From Candidatus Omnitrophota bacterium (GTDB lineage: Bacteria; Omnitrophota; Gorgyraeia; DAOVKU01): a stretch of DNA of 62,771 bases. The notes beneath the pieces were generated by a model. That model made no database searches. It saw only the letters and a program-made list of their open reading frames with translations, and was not told the DNA's origin. The stretch is from the NCBI GenBank assembly GCA_043822625.1, contig JBDRBQ010000111.1:1-62771 (forward strand), read 5' to 3'. Each line of letters starts with the position of its first letter. The first letter of the stretch is position 1. A program made the position numbers and the translations under genes. Positions 30,306 to 41,379 of the stretch are shown here, piece by piece.

Positions 30306-33300
30306 TTATTCGTTGTTTTCCAGCTGAGAAATTAGATTAGCTGTTTCCGCGGCGTGAGGAAAACGTGAATCTATGGAAAGAGCTCTTTTAAAAGAAGAAA
30401 GAGCTCTTTCTTCTTTAGTATCTTTAAAATAAGCCATTCCTAAGTGATAATATATTTCCGCGTTATTATTTATCAAACCCGCGGCTTTTTCCAGATTTTC
30501 GATTGCTTTTTTCACGTCGCCTTTTTTAAAATAAATCCAACCCAGTGTATCATAAATAGTTCCTTCGTTAGGTGATAATTCTACTGCTTTTTCGGCTAAA
30601 GGCAGTGCTTCGTTTAGTCTGTTTGTTTCGGCATACAGCCACGCGAGGTTGTTATAAGCAAAACCGGAGTTCGGAGCTAATTCTATAGCTTTTTTATATT
30701 GTTCTATAGACGCGCTGTAATTTTTTATTTTATCGTAACAGAATGCTATGTTTAAATAAAGAGGGGCGTATTCCGGCGCGACGGCAATAGCTTTTTTTAA
30801 ATTGCCGATGGCTTTTTCGAACTCCTCGTTTTCTATATAAATGAAAGAGAGGTTTTGATAAGCTGTAATGAAATCGGGCTGTAGTAAAATTGTTTTTTCG
30901 AAAGCCGCAATCGCGTCGTTTGTTTTTAATTCATTAAAAAGAGCTATGCCTAAACCGTAATAAGCGGCCGAATATTCGGAATTATTTTTAATAACGGCAT
31001 TGAATTCCTTAGCCGCGTTTTCATAATTTCTATTTTGGATGTAATGATCCCCCAGAATTAGATGGGCAATTATATTGTCGGGGTTTGTGGTTAGGTTGTT
31101 TTTTGCTAATTCTATAAATTCGGCAGGCCGGCGGGAGTTTTCATTTATAGTTCCCGGTACTATAGTTGCTTTTAATCTGGCAGGGTCTATTTTTAGAATT
31201 TTATCAAATTCTTTCAGGGTTTCTTTTTTTTTGTTTGTTGTTTCGTAAAGAAGGGCTAAACTAAGATGAGCGGAACTATCCGCCGGATTTAAAGAGCTTA
31301 ATTTTAAAAATTGAGAAATCGCCTGCTCCGTATTATTTTGAAGAGCGTATAAACGGCCAAGATTGGCATAGGCAGGCGTGAAGTCAGGGTCTATGGATAT
31401 AGCTTTTTTAAAGGCTTCTTCGGCTTTGTTTAATTTGAGATTTGCCGCGAATAAAGCGCCGAGTTTATTTTGGATATAAGCGTTTTCAGTATTGATTTTA
31501 ACGGCGTTCTGTATTTTATCCAGTGCTTCACCGAATTTTCCCTGATTCGTAAGAATTTCTGTGTATGTTACTATCGCGGCTAAATTATCGGGATTCGCGG
31601 AAAGCACTTTTTCACATCTCGCGGCGGCTTCGGAGTGTTTTCCCGTGGAATCTAAAATCAGGGCTGTTTGAAGCAGGGCCATTTCAAAATCCGGATAGAT
31701 TTTTAAAGTCTTTTCAAATTCAATTAAGGCGTTATCTATATCCTGTTTACCGAGATAAGCGGTTGCCAAATTGTAATAACCTGTCGCTGAATCGGGATTC
31801 AGAGAGGTCACTTTTTTGAATTCTTCTATAGCTTTATCCGGATTATTTTTCCTTAAATAAGTATTGCCTAAGATATAATGACCTAAAGCGCTTTGAGGGT
31901 TTTTGAGAATGATAGTTAGTGCTAATTCCTCCGCTTCTTCAAATTGTCCTAATTTACTGTAAAGCTGACTTAAACCGGCCTGGACATTTGTCAGGTCGGG
32001 ATTATCTTTTAAAATGTTCTGAAATTGTTTCGCGGCTTTTTCGGGTTCGCCTTTTATGTCATATATCATAGCTAAATTGATTTTCGCGGGAGTGTTTTTG
32101 ACATCATACTTTAATATACCGGAGAATTCTTTTTCGGCATTGTCGTATTTTCCTTCAAGCGCGTAAAGTCTTCCTAACGCCAGATGAGAGGATGTAAATT
32201 CGGAATTTAACGCGATTGCTTTTTTAAAGAAACTTTCCGCGGTTTCTGAATCTTCTTTATTGAGCAGGCATAACGCTTTCAAGTGATAAGCGGAGGGTTC
32301 CTGTGGGGCAAGATTAACGGCTTTTTGGGAATAATCAATAGCATGGTCTATTTGGTTTTGAGAAAGGGCTATGGATGCCAGTGTTGTCAAAATCGGGTAA
32401 GAGTCAGGGTTTAACGAAAGGGCTTTTTCAAAATTAAGTTTAGCTTTCGCAATCATGTTTTGTTCTAAATATATACTGCCCAAAAACTGATAGCTTAAAA
32501 AATTATTCGGTTGTATGGATATTAATTTATTTATATAATTTTCGGCTTTTTCGAATTGTCTATTTTCAAAGTATATCAGCGCCAGTTGGTATAAGCTTCC
32601 GGCGTGTTTTGAGTTGAGTTCAAGGGCTTTTTCGAATTCTTTTTGCGCTTGTTGTTTTTGATTTAAGGCTTTTAAGGAAATGCCCAGCTGAAAATGTCCT
32701 TCCGTTAAATTGGGTTGTTTCTCAATCAGTTTATTGAATTCTTCCTGAGCCTTGTTAAAATCCCCTTTTTGCAAATAAGCGGCGCCGAGAATATAATGGG
32801 TCTCGATGGGATACGTTTCGTTTTTTATAAGAGGTTTAATTTGGTCGATGGCTTTGTCGTTTTCCTTTATCAGAAGGTAAGTGTTTGCCAACGCGAATCG
32901 GGCTGTTATGTCCTGAGGGTTTATTTTTAAAGCTTTATTGAAATTAGTAATCGCGTTTTCAGTATCTCCTTTGCTAAGTAAAAATTCACCGAAAGCTATA
33001 TAAGCTTGAGTGTTTTTTTGGTTTAATTCTATCGCGCGGGCATATTCTTTTTTGGCGTCTTCATTGAGCCCCTGTTTTTCTAAAATTTTAGCAAGATTGA
33101 TATGTGCTTCAATGTAAGCGGGATTTTTTTGAATGGCTTTGGAAACGGCATTGTTGGCCCCTTTTAGGTCGTTTTTGGCAAAAAGGCAATTAGCGAGAAA
33201 ATTGTAGGCTTCGGCGTTATCCGGTTTTAGAGAAACGGCTTCGTTGCAAATGTCCAGCGCTTCTTTGGTTTTGCCTTCCATGATTAAAATAGGCACCAAC

Positions 33301-33614
33301 TGTAGTTTTGCTTCAAGTAAGTCCGGTTTTAGAGAAACGGCTTTTTCCAATTCCGCTTTGGCCGATGGCAATTGATTCTGTTTAAAAAGACAAACCCCGA
33401 GGCGGTAATGTGCTTGGGCGAAATTTGGATCAATTTGAAGAGCGTTTTTGAAACTGATAGCGGCTTCGGAGAGTTGGCTGTTTTCTATATACTCCAGGCC
33501 TTTGCGGTAAAATTTATTTTTTTTGGCTTGTGAAGGCGAACAATTAATTGTACAAAAAAACAGGCCGGCAAAAAGAAATCCTACAATTACGAATGTTGAT
33601 TTTTTTATTTTCAT
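30306..33614 (-). CDS. Large TPR-repeat protein with an N-terminal signal/lipoprotein-like sequence
   Basis: 1102 aa. Dozens of 34-aa TPR units (A..Y..LG..Y......A...F.KAL.L.P). The N-terminal hydrophobic segment ends in ..FFCTINC. Confidence 0.85.
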   Translation of the reverse strand: MKIKKSTFVIVGFLFAGLFFCTINCSPSQAKKNKFYRKGLEYIENSQLSEAAISFKNALQIDPNFAQAHYRLGVCLFKQNQLPSAKAELEKAVSLKPDLLEAKLQLVPILIMEGKTKEALDICNEAVSLKPDNAEAYNFLANCLFAKNDLKGANNAVSKAIQKNPAYIEAHINLAKILEKQGLNEDAKKEYARAIELNQKNTQAYIAFGEFLLSKGDTENAITNFNKALKINPQDITARFALANTYLLIKENDKAIDQIKPLIKNETYPIETHYILGAAYLQKGDFNKAQEEFNKLIEKQPNLTEGHFQLGISLKALNQKQQAQKEFEKALELNSKHAGSLYQLALIYFENRQFEKAENYINKLISIQPNNFLSYQFLGSIYLEQNMIAKAKLNFEKALSLNPDSYPILTTLASIALSQNQIDHAIDYSQKAVNLAPQEPSAYHLKALCLLNKEDSETAESFFKKAIALNSEFTSSHLALGRLYALEGKYDNAEKEFSGILKYDVKNTPAKINLAMIYDIKGEPEKAAKQFQNILKDNPDLTNVQAGLSQLYSKLGQFEEAEELALTIILKNPQSALGHYILGNTYLRKNNPDKAIEEFKKVTSLNPDSATGYYNLATAYLGKQDIDNALIEFEKTLKIYPDFEMALLQTALILDSTGKHSEAAARCEKVLSANPDNLAAIVTYTEILTNQGKFGEALDKIQNAVKINTENAYIQNKLGALFAANLKLNKAEEAFKKAISIDPDFTPAYANLGRLYALQNNTEQAISQFLKLSSLNPADSSAHLSLALLYETTNKKKETLKEFDKILKIDPARLKATIVPGTINENSRRPAEFIELAKNNLTTNPDNIIAHLILGDHYIQNRNYENAAKEFNAVIKNNSEYSAAYYGLGIALFNELKTNDAIAAFEKTILLQPDFITAYQNLSFIYIENEEFEKAIGNLKKAIAVAPEYAPLYLNIAFCYDKIKNYSASIEQYKKAIELAPNSGFAYNNLAWLYAETNRLNEALPLAEKAVELSPNEGTIYDTLGWIYFKKGDVKKAIENLEKAAGLINNNAEIYYHLGMAYFKDTKEERALSSFKRALSIDSRFPHAAETANLISQLENNE

Positions 33615-33761
33615 GTCAGGGCTCCTTAATATTTTGATATTGATTAATATAATAATATTTATATTTAATATAACAAAATTTTATAATAAAAGCAATGTAA
33701 TAGACAGCCGTTAAGGATTGTGTTAAAATAACTTAATTATAAAAATGGAGATATTTTTGTT

Positions 33762-34856
33762 TTGCTGAAAATGCCGATATTTAAATGTAAAAAATCCTGG
33801 ATTTTATTTATAGTTGTGCTAGCGGCTGGCTTTTTGGTAACCTTTTTTTATCAGACAACGGTAAATCCGGATTTTGTAGAGTTTAAAAAAACTTATGATT
33901 TTTATGCTAAAGAAAAAACAGAAAATTTTTTTCTTTTAAACGGATGGCAGTTGAAACAAGAAGAAAACAAAACTTTTGCTTCGATGAGGGGGGGAAGGGC
34001 GGTTTTCCTTTTTTTCGCGCCGGAAAGAGATAGCCTTGCTCTAAAAATAACTTATCGCGCGCATAGTCCGTGGCAGGAAATCGCGGTTTATAGTGGTGAT
34101 GAATTTATTGGAGGATTGAAATCCGACGTTACCGGTCAATGGGTGGACAGGGTGTTGATTCTGCCGCGCAACTTAGTTGTCAATACTTTGAATAAATTAA
34201 TAGTTGTCAAAAAACTTGGTTCGGAATCGGATTTTTACCGTATTATCGTATCTAATTGTGAAGAAAAAAGAATAGCTTTTTTGCGTATGTATACAGTATG
34301 GCGGACGCGGGGAGTGTTTACCGGAGCGAAAAATAATTCCGTTGATTGGAAATTTTGTATCGCGGGCGCTTTTGGGCTAGTATCTTTTTGGCTGATTTAT
34401 TCCGCGTTGCTTTATTCTATTTCCAATGAGAAATATTTTTATATTCTGAAATCCGATTTTTGGACTTATTCGCCGGCTCTTATGATTTCGGCCGCGCTTT
34501 TTTTGATAAGCAGGACGATGTCGGACTATGTTTTTTTTTACTATAATAGCGACTATTTTTTAATGTTGATGGGATTACCGGCTGTTCTTAAAGTTTATCA
34601 AATTGTTAAATACGCGAAAAAGGAAAAAGTAAAATTAAGAATATGCCGGTTGAAGCGTAATATCGCGGAGAAATATGATATTGCCGCTAATATGAGTATA
34701 GTTTTCTTTATAATGCTTTTTTTTAGCTCCGCGCTTCTTTTGATGTTTAATATGAAATTAAAAGCGGAGTCGCTGGCTAATCCGGCCTTTCTTTTTTTGA
34801 CAGGGGGAGTTTTGTTGAAAATGGTAAAGTATTTTATTAGAAAGGAATATAGTTAA
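33762..34856 (+). CDS. Hypothetical polytopic membrane protein
   Basis: 364 aa, with a TTG start 11 nt after GGAG. One N-terminal TM, a soluble domain of about 170 aa, then several C-terminal hydrophobic helices. Confidence 0.55.
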   Translation: MLKMPIFKCKKSWILFIVVLAAGFLVTFFYQTTVNPDFVEFKKTYDFYAKEKTENFFLLNGWQLKQEENKTFASMRGGRAVFLFFAPERDSLALKITYRAHSPWQEIAVYSGDEFIGGLKSDVTGQWVDRVLILPRNLVVNTLNKLIVVKKLGSESDFYRIIVSNCEEKRIAFLRMYTVWRTRGVFTGAKNNSVDWKFCIAGAFGLVSFWLIYSALLYSISNEKYFYILKSDFWTYSPALMISAALFLISRTMSDYVFFYYNSDYFLMLMGLPAVLKVYQIVKYAKKEKVKLRICRLKRNIAEKYDIAANMSIVFFIMLFFSSALLLMFNMKLKAESLANPAFLFLTGGVLLKMVKYFIRKEYS

Positions 34857-34861
34857 AGAAA

Positions 34862-35824
34862 ATGAAAATTTTAAGAAGAATTTTATTTTTTGTGTTGTTT
34901 TTGTTTCTTTTTTTATGTATGGGTATTATATTGTGGTGTTTTGTGCCGGCAGAGAAGATGGATGTAAGTAAAACTTTTTCTATGCATAATATGGCATATT
35001 TGAAATTTAATCTTAATAAAGGCAATGTTTCTCTCTGGGATGAGGCCGTTGATTTTAAATTCGCGGAAGAATTTTTAGCGGGCTCTTTTATGAATAGATT
35101 GGCTCTCAAAGCGGGGGGGCGTTTTTTTTCTCCTTTTTGTGTAATGTCATTAGTTAATAAGTCGCCGGGTGGAGAAGATGATTTTAATTATGTTTTTTTA
35201 ATTAAATCCCAGAAAATAGCTCGTTTTCTGCAAATATCTTTCGGTTTCTATTCGAAATCATCTTCTTTTAAGGAAGGCTATGAACTTGAAAAATTTTGCC
35301 GGTGGTCGGTATGGAAAAGCAGAAAGACGGATGAAGATTTAAAAGCGGTTGCTTTTTGTGGTGATACGTGTATTTTTTTCGTAGGGGAAACAAATGTGGC
35401 TGAATTTATGTCTGATATGTGTTCGGACTCGAAAGCAAAACCGGAGAAAACAAAACTATTTAATAAAACCGTCCTATGGCCTTTTTTTCTCTATCTGGAG
35501 GACGATGAAAAAGTGCTGAATTTTTATTTATCGAAAGCCAAAGAAAAAACCTCTTATGACTTTTTCCCCGCCATTAGTGATTTAAAAGAAGCTTTTGTAT
35601 CTTTTGGGAAAGAATCCGTTCCCGGCAAACGGGAAGGAAATATGAATTTTTATTTTGAAGAGACAACGGATTTTAAAAAGGCCGGAAAAGATATATGGTT
35701 TTTATCACAGGTGTTAAAAAGAATGTTTGAAGCTAATTTTTATGATTACAAGTATGAATTAGATGTTGTTAAAAACGAAATTACGGTTAATTTTGAATTA
35801 ACCAACAGGAGGAAAAGTAAATGA
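34862..35824 (+). CDS. Hypothetical membrane-anchored protein
   Basis: 320 aa with an N-terminal TM helix (ILFFVLFLFLFLCMGIILWCF). No family recognised. Overlaps the next gene by 4 nt. Confidence 0.5.
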   Translation: MKILRRILFFVLFLFLFLCMGIILWCFVPAEKMDVSKTFSMHNMAYLKFNLNKGNVSLWDEAVDFKFAEEFLAGSFMNRLALKAGGRFFSPFCVMSLVNKSPGGEDDFNYVFLIKSQKIARFLQISFGFYSKSSSFKEGYELEKFCRWSVWKSRKTDEDLKAVAFCGDTCIFFVGETNVAEFMSDMCSDSKAKPEKTKLFNKTVLWPFFLYLEDDEKVLNFYLSKAKEKTSYDFFPAISDLKEAFVSFGKESVPGKREGNMNFYFEETTDFKKAGKDIWFLSQVLKRMFEANFYDYKYELDVVKNEITVNFELTNRRKSK

Positions 35825-36981
35825 TGTTCGGGAAGTATAAAAAAATTGCTGTGTTGATAACGGTGGCGCTGTGTAGTTTTTCTTTAAAGGCTGTTTTTGC
35901 TGAACCAAAAGAACTGAATTTTATTCCCTATAACGCGGACGCCTTATTTTGTATAAATAACAATCCTGATGATCCTGGTGTTTCTTTTGTGACTGGATTA
36001 TGGCAGGAACGTTTTGAAGTAAAAGTAACGCCGGAAAAGATGCAGGCTATAGATCGTTTTTACGCGGAACTTCCTTTTGGTAAAATAATAGGGGCGGCTT
36101 TTTTACCTGAAAAACCTTTTAATGAAGACAAAGAACCGATTTATCCCGAATATATCGTTGTGGTGGAAATGAAAGGGGATAAGGAAGTTTTTAGGCAGGC
36201 TTTGAATACTTTGATTACGAAAAGGAAACCTCTTAAAAACACACCGTATATGGGATACGACATAGTTTACCGGGATAAAAAACTGGAACCTTTTCATGGC
36301 GAGAAAGATTTAGCCGCTTATGTTGAGGTGGGTGATTTTTTTATAATCGGTATGACTCCCGAACAGTTGGGAATGATTATAGACACATATAACGGCAAGA
36401 TAAAGACTATGACCGAAAACGAAAATTTTTTAAAATTATATGATAATTCAAAAGAAGCCGACGCTTTTATCTTTCTTAATAATGAGAATGGAAAATTTTC
36501 CGTTAATCTGCAAAGATGGGAAGAAAAAGAAGGGATGAGGCTGCTATTGTCTTCCGGTTTAATTGATTCGACCGGTTTGTTTTTTGATTTGGAAACCGAC
36601 GACGCGGTGAAAGGTAAAGTTATTTTTATTCCGAAAGAAGGAGAGGAAATTCTTACCATAGAAGATGACGCGCTTTTTTTCGCGGAAGTTATAACGCGTT
36701 CTTTTGCTAAAGAAGGGATTAAATGGATTAGCGATGTGGATTCTTCAGGTGATTTCGTGAAACTGGAATTCGAAGGTGTAGGATTTAGACCTATTTGGGA
36801 AAAAGCTATGTTGAAAAAGAAGATAGTCTTTTTGGAAGAAGAACAAAAGCCTGAAGAGAATATTCAGCAGTCGGCGGAAATAGACGGGGGCAAACAAGTT
36901 AATAGTATGCCTAAAATAATTTTTGTCGGTATAATAACTGTATTCATTTTATCGGTATTTTTATGGATTAAAAGGAAATAG
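35821..36981 (+). CDS. Hypothetical secreted protein with a C-terminal TM anchor
   Basis: 386 aa. Signal peptide (...SLKAVFA-EP) and a C-terminal helix (IIFVGIITVFILSVFLWI). Its architecture loosely parallels the upstream gene. Confidence 0.5.
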   Translation: MMFGKYKKIAVLITVALCSFSLKAVFAEPKELNFIPYNADALFCINNNPDDPGVSFVTGLWQERFEVKVTPEKMQAIDRFYAELPFGKIIGAAFLPEKPFNEDKEPIYPEYIVVVEMKGDKEVFRQALNTLITKRKPLKNTPYMGYDIVYRDKKLEPFHGEKDLAAYVEVGDFFIIGMTPEQLGMIIDTYNGKIKTMTENENFLKLYDNSKEADAFIFLNNENGKFSVNLQRWEEKEGMRLLLSSGLIDSTGLFFDLETDDAVKGKVIFIPKEGEEILTIEDDALFFAEVITRSFAKEGIKWISDVDSSGDFVKLEFEGVGFRPIWEKAMLKKKIVFLEEEQKPEENIQQSAEIDGGKQVNSMPKIIFVGIITVFILSVFLWIKRK

Positions 36982-37047
36982 CGCTAATCCGGCACGCGGC
37001 TTTTTATATTGGTATTAATAAGTCCCTTTTTAGGGCAGAGGAACCAA

Positions 37048-37854
37048 ATGAAGAATAAAATATCGAAGTTTTTTATGTTTTTAGTGTTATTTTTGGTCGC
37101 GGCGTTTATCTTTTATCAGTTTTTTGGCTGGCATTTAGCGGTCATTAAATATAATGCTAAAGTGAGAGATATGCTTAGTTGCCGGCAGGATGAAATTTTT
37201 AAACCGGGGGAAAAGCTGGTATATACTCTTAGATATATGGGACTGCCGGCGGGGAAAGGCATAATCTGTGTCGAAAATATAAAAGAATATAACAATCGGC
37301 CGAGTTATTCTTTAAACGGTAGATTGAGAACATCTGATTTTATTTCTCTTTTCTTCGAAGCGGAAGGGCAAATCCGTTCTTACATGGATAAAGAAAAATT
37401 ACATTCTCTTTGTTTCGAAGAGCAATCTCAGGCTTCGGGACATAGAAAAAATCAAAAAGTAGTGACGTTCAATCAGGAAAATTTATTTTTGGAAGTTGAT
37501 GGAGAGAGGGTAGTGATTCTGCCTGATACACAGGATCCTTTAAGTGCTTTTTATTTTTTGCGTTTGCTGGATTGTCAAAAGATAGAAGAAGGTTATGAAA
37601 TTAATATAAAAACCAGAAAAAGAGATCGGACGCTTTTTTTAAAGCTTGAGGGCAGAGAAGAGCTTAATACTCCTTTTGGTAAAATTCCGGTAATTAAGGT
37701 TTTTCTGCATCTCAAGCCGGTTAAAGCTACCTCCCGTCATGAAATCAGTGGTTTTGTATGGTTTACCGATAATGAAAAGAGAATTCCGGTCATGGTTAAA
37801 CTAAAAACCAAAGCTGGCCCGGCGGCATTACTGCTTTACGATGTAGACTTATAA
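37048..37854 (+). CDS. DUF3108-like protein
   Basis: Start taken at ATG 37048 behind AGAGGA. N-terminal TM/signal. The Y.L.YMGLPAG ... DPLSAFYFLR pattern resembles DUF3108. Confidence 0.55.
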   Translation: MKNKISKFFMFLVLFLVAAFIFYQFFGWHLAVIKYNAKVRDMLSCRQDEIFKPGEKLVYTLRYMGLPAGKGIICVENIKEYNNRPSYSLNGRLRTSDFISLFFEAEGQIRSYMDKEKLHSLCFEEQSQASGHRKNQKVVTFNQENLFLEVDGERVVILPDTQDPLSAFYFLRLLDCQKIEEGYEINIKTRKRDRTLFLKLEGREELNTPFGKIPVIKVFLHLKPVKATSRHEISGFVWFTDNEKRIPVMVKLKTKAGPAALLLYDVDL

Positions 37855-37876
37855 CTTTCCGGATAGATTTAAAATT

Positions 37877-38749
37877 ATGAACATTGCCTTAATTTTCAAT
37901 AAAGACAGATTAGATACCACCGGCTGTTATTACGAGACTGTTCTAAAACAGAGTTCTTTAAATTTCACGCATTTTGCTGTTCAGGATGCCCAGCGCATTC
38001 CTGGAGATTTTGATTTATTTCTGCGCATAGACCATGGAGATTATAAGTATGATATCCCTCGGTATCTAAAGCCGTCCGCTTTTTTGGCTATAGACACCCA
38101 TTTAAAAAAACCGTATAAAAAGATTTTGTGTCAGGCCAAACATTATGATTTTGTATTTGCCGCCCAGAAAGAAGGCGCGCAAAGATTATCTAAGGCTTTA
38201 AAAAAAGTAGTGCCGTGGGTTCCTCTTGGCTGTGACCCGTGCGTACATAAAAAAATGGACATTGAAAAAAAGTACGATATAGGTTTTGTGGGTTCCTACG
38301 GGGGAGAGAAAAGCGAAAGAAGAAAGGCACTTATGGAAATAAAAAAAAGGTTCCCAAATTCTTTTATAGGTAACGCGCCGTACACGCAAATGAGTGAAAT
38401 TTACAGCAGTTCGAAAATGGGCATTAATTATTCATTGAATAACGATATCAATATGCGCGTATTTGAGATATTGAGCTGTGGAGCAATGCTTATTACCGGC
38501 CGTATTAAAAAAGAAAGCGGTTTTGATGAATTGTTTGAAGAAGGCAGGCACTTCGCGGCATACGATAATATAGAAGAATTCATTTATTTAATGGATTATT
38601 ATTTACTGCATAATGAAGAGAGGCAGAAAATCGCTTTTGCCGGGTATGAACGGGCAGTTAATGCTCATACTTACCGGCATAGGCTTGAAAAAATGTTTGA
38701 AACAATAAGAGGAACTCATCCCGTGAAATATGAAGGATTGAAATTATGA
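37877..38749 (+). CDS. Glycosyltransferase, CgeB-like (Glyco_trans_1_2 type)
   Basis: 290 aa. FVGSY...R...L, NMRVFEILSCGAMLIT and a C-terminal helical tail, typical of CgeB-like GT1-fold proteins. Confidence 0.6.
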   Translation: MNIALIFNKDRLDTTGCYYETVLKQSSLNFTHFAVQDAQRIPGDFDLFLRIDHGDYKYDIPRYLKPSAFLAIDTHLKKPYKKILCQAKHYDFVFAAQKEGAQRLSKALKKVVPWVPLGCDPCVHKKMDIEKKYDIGFVGSYGGEKSERRKALMEIKKRFPNSFIGNAPYTQMSEIYSSSKMGINYSLNNDINMRVFEILSCGAMLITGRIKKESGFDELFEEGRHFAAYDNIEEFIYLMDYYLLHNEERQKIAFAGYERAVNAHTYRHRLEKMFETIRGTHPVKYEGLKL

Positions 38750-39774
38750 AGTGTCAGATAATAATTGTCGTCTGGAACCAGTTTGAAGTAACAAAAAATT
38801 GCCTTGAGAGCATACTCGAGAAAACAAAAGCGCCCTTTGAGATTATTTTGGTAGATAACGCGAGCGAAGAAAAAACAGCGTCTTATCTAAAGAATTTCAG
38901 TTCTCGGTATCAGGATAAAGTCAGGCTTATTAGAAACAACAGTAATCTTGGATTTATAAAGGCTGTTAATCAGGCCATGGGAAGTGCTACCGCGGATTTT
39001 GTATGCCTGCTTAATAATGATACTATAGTTGCGGAAAATTGGCTTAATGAGCTTATATTTGTGGCCCAGAATAATCCTACCATCGGGCTTTTAAATCCTT
39101 CCAGTAATACATTGGGGCAAAAAACCGAGGTGGAGAATATAGATAATTTTGCCCAAGGCCTTTCTAAATATCATGGGCAATTCGAAGAAATGGCTCAGGC
39201 TAGCGGATTTTGTATGCTTATAAAGAAGGAAGTTATTCAGAAAATAGGCACTCTCGACGAAGTTTACGGGATGGGTTATTTTGAAGATACCGATTACTCG
39301 CGCAGGGCAATGAAAAATGGTTTTAGATGTGCCAGAGCAATAGCCGGTTATGTATATCACTGTGAAAAAACTTCTTTTCTAAAGATGCCCGGTCATAATA
39401 GTGCTTTTAAGAAAAATCAGGAGCTTTTTTATAAACGATGGGAAAAACCGAAGAGAATTTTTGTCGAAGTCAAAAAAGGATTATTATCAAAATATGTCGG
39501 CAAATTAAAATCTTTAGCAAAAAACGGGGACTGGATTTTGATAGCTAAAAAAGAAAATGTTCGGCTGCCTTCTTTTAACCATACCAATATCAAAGAAATC
39601 TCTTTTAGTGAAAAAAATTTTGACTTAAAATGTTTCTTTAAAATAATTAAAAGAACAAAAAAGAAGTATGATTATTTGGTGATTCAGTCGCCGGTTCTTA
39701 GAAGAATGCTTGCTTTTTTTAAATTTTTTCATAAGGCCAAAGTCCTCAGTCTGAGGAAATTAGAGGAGTTATAA
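38746..39774 (+). CDS. Glycosyltransferase family 2
   Basis: 342 aa. The GT-A N-terminus IIIVVWNQ...ILVDNAS, LNNDT, and a DxD-like EDTDY. Confidence 0.8.
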   Translation: MKCQIIIVVWNQFEVTKNCLESILEKTKAPFEIILVDNASEEKTASYLKNFSSRYQDKVRLIRNNSNLGFIKAVNQAMGSATADFVCLLNNDTIVAENWLNELIFVAQNNPTIGLLNPSSNTLGQKTEVENIDNFAQGLSKYHGQFEEMAQASGFCMLIKKEVIQKIGTLDEVYGMGYFEDTDYSRRAMKNGFRCARAIAGYVYHCEKTSFLKMPGHNSAFKKNQELFYKRWEKPKRIFVEVKKGLLSKYVGKLKSLAKNGDWILIAKKENVRLPSFNHTNIKEISFSEKNFDLKCFFKIIKRTKKKYDYLVIQSPVLRRMLAFFKFFHKAKVLSLRKLEEL

Positions 39775-39776
39775 AA

Positions 39777-40544
39777 ATGACCGAGATTAAATTGCCGCTT
39801 TCAGTAGTCGTCATAACCAAAAATGAAGAGAATAACATAAAAGACTGTCTTAATTCCGTCCATAACTGGGCGGATGAAATAATTGTGGTTGACGATAACT
39901 CAAAAGACAGAACCGTTGAAATCGCGGAGAATTTTACGGATAAGGTTTATTGTAAAAAAATGGAGGTAGAAGGCACGCACAGGAATTACGCTTATTCTTT
40001 AGCTAAAAATGAGTGGGTGCTGAGTATAGACGCTGATGAGACTGTTACCGAAGAATTAAAAGAAGAAATAAGCGCGGTTCTTTCTTTGGATACCAAATAT
40101 AACGCGTTTAGTATTCCTTTAAGAAATTATATTGGCGGTTACTGGGTGAAACACGGCGGTTGGTATCCGGCGGCGAAAGTAAGACTATTTAAAAAAAGTA
40201 AATTTAAGTATGAGGACGCGGGCGTTCATCCGCGTATTTTTTTAGACGGAGAATGCGGACACTTAAAGAAAGACATTATTCATAAAGGTTATCCCGATAT
40301 AGGGCATTTTCTTGCCAGTTTAAATTATCAGACTACCAAAGAAGCGGAAAAATGGGTTCAGGATAAAAGAAAAATGAGTTTTTCAATAGCGTTACGCAAA
40401 ACTATAGACCGATTTTTTCGCGGTTTTATATTGAAACAAGGTTTCAAAGACGGGTTTATCGGTTTGGTAGTAGGTGTTTTCGCTGGATTTTATCAGTTTA
40501 TAACTTACGCGAAGTATAGACAATTAAAGGAATCGCAAAAATAA
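39777..40544 (+). CDS. Glycosyltransferase family 2 (LPS-core KdtX/WaaE-like)
   Basis: 255 aa. LSVVVITKNEE, IIVVDDNSKDRT, and SIDADE (DxD). Confidence 0.8.
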   Translation: MTEIKLPLSVVVITKNEENNIKDCLNSVHNWADEIIVVDDNSKDRTVEIAENFTDKVYCKKMEVEGTHRNYAYSLAKNEWVLSIDADETVTEELKEEISAVLSLDTKYNAFSIPLRNYIGGYWVKHGGWYPAAKVRLFKKSKFKYEDAGVHPRIFLDGECGHLKKDIIHKGYPDIGHFLASLNYQTTKEAEKWVQDKRKMSFSIALRKTIDRFFRGFILKQGFKDGFIGLVVGVFAGFYQFITYAKYRQLKESQK

Positions 40545-40545
40545 A

Positions 40546-41379
40546 ATGTCGAAACAAGCAGTTGATAGTCAAATATATCAGGAAAATTATTATTTAAAGG
40601 CTTTCGGCGGAGAAATCAATAATTATCTCGAAAGCTTGAAAAGAAGTGAAAAAGATAACCGTTTCAAGGAAGTTTTTCGCGTAGCCGGTTTAAAAAAAGG
40701 AGAACGCGTGCTTGATGTCGGCTGTGGACGCGGAGAATTGATATATTTTTCTTTGTTGGAAGGTGCCAAAAGCGCTGTGGGTATAGACTATAGCGAAGCC
40801 GCTTTATCCATCGCCGGGAAAATTGCAGGGATTTTGCCGCCCCAAACGAGGTCCCGACTTAAGTTTATAAATCAAAATGTCTCTTCTATAAAACTGGAAG
40901 AAGGATTCGACTGCTGTTTTTTGACCGATATTGTCGAGCATTTGACTGATGAACAGCTTTATGGATTATTTTCGGAATTAAGAAAATATCTTTCCGCGAA
41001 CGGCAGGATTATAATTCATACGGCTCCTAACATTAATTGGATTCGCTTTGAATATCCGTTAAAACGTTTTTTGACAATACCTTCGACGATTATAAAGCGG
41101 ATTACAGGCAAAAAACCTTTTACTGCTCCGCGCCAAGCGAATTTTCTAAGAAAGATAATCGCTTATCTCGATTTGTGTTATACGCGCGATTATTATAATT
41201 ATAGTCCACGCATGCATATCAATGAACAATCACCGGCGTTCTTAAAAAAACTCCTAAGAAAAACAGGTTTCGATTGCAAGATTTGGTGTGAGGATGGTTC
41301 AAGTAATTTTATATCTATCCTCTGTAAAAGGTTCTGGGGGCCGGATATCTGGGCGGTGGCGAGATTGAAAAAACAATGA
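40546..41379 (+). CDS. Class I SAM-dependent methyltransferase
   Basis: 277 aa. Motif I VLDVGCGRGEL, an acidic loop (GIDYS), and motif II-like FDCCFLTDIVEH. Confidence 0.75.
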   Translation: MSKQAVDSQIYQENYYLKAFGGEINNYLESLKRSEKDNRFKEVFRVAGLKKGERVLDVGCGRGELIYFSLLEGAKSAVGIDYSEAALSIAGKIAGILPPQTRSRLKFINQNVSSIKLEEGFDCCFLTDIVEHLTDEQLYGLFSELRKYLSANGRIIIHTAPNINWIRFEYPLKRFLTIPSTIIKRITGKKPFTAPRQANFLRKIIAYLDLCYTRDYYNYSPRMHINEQSPAFLKKLLRKTGFDCKIWCEDGSSNFISILCKRFWGPDIWAVARLKKQ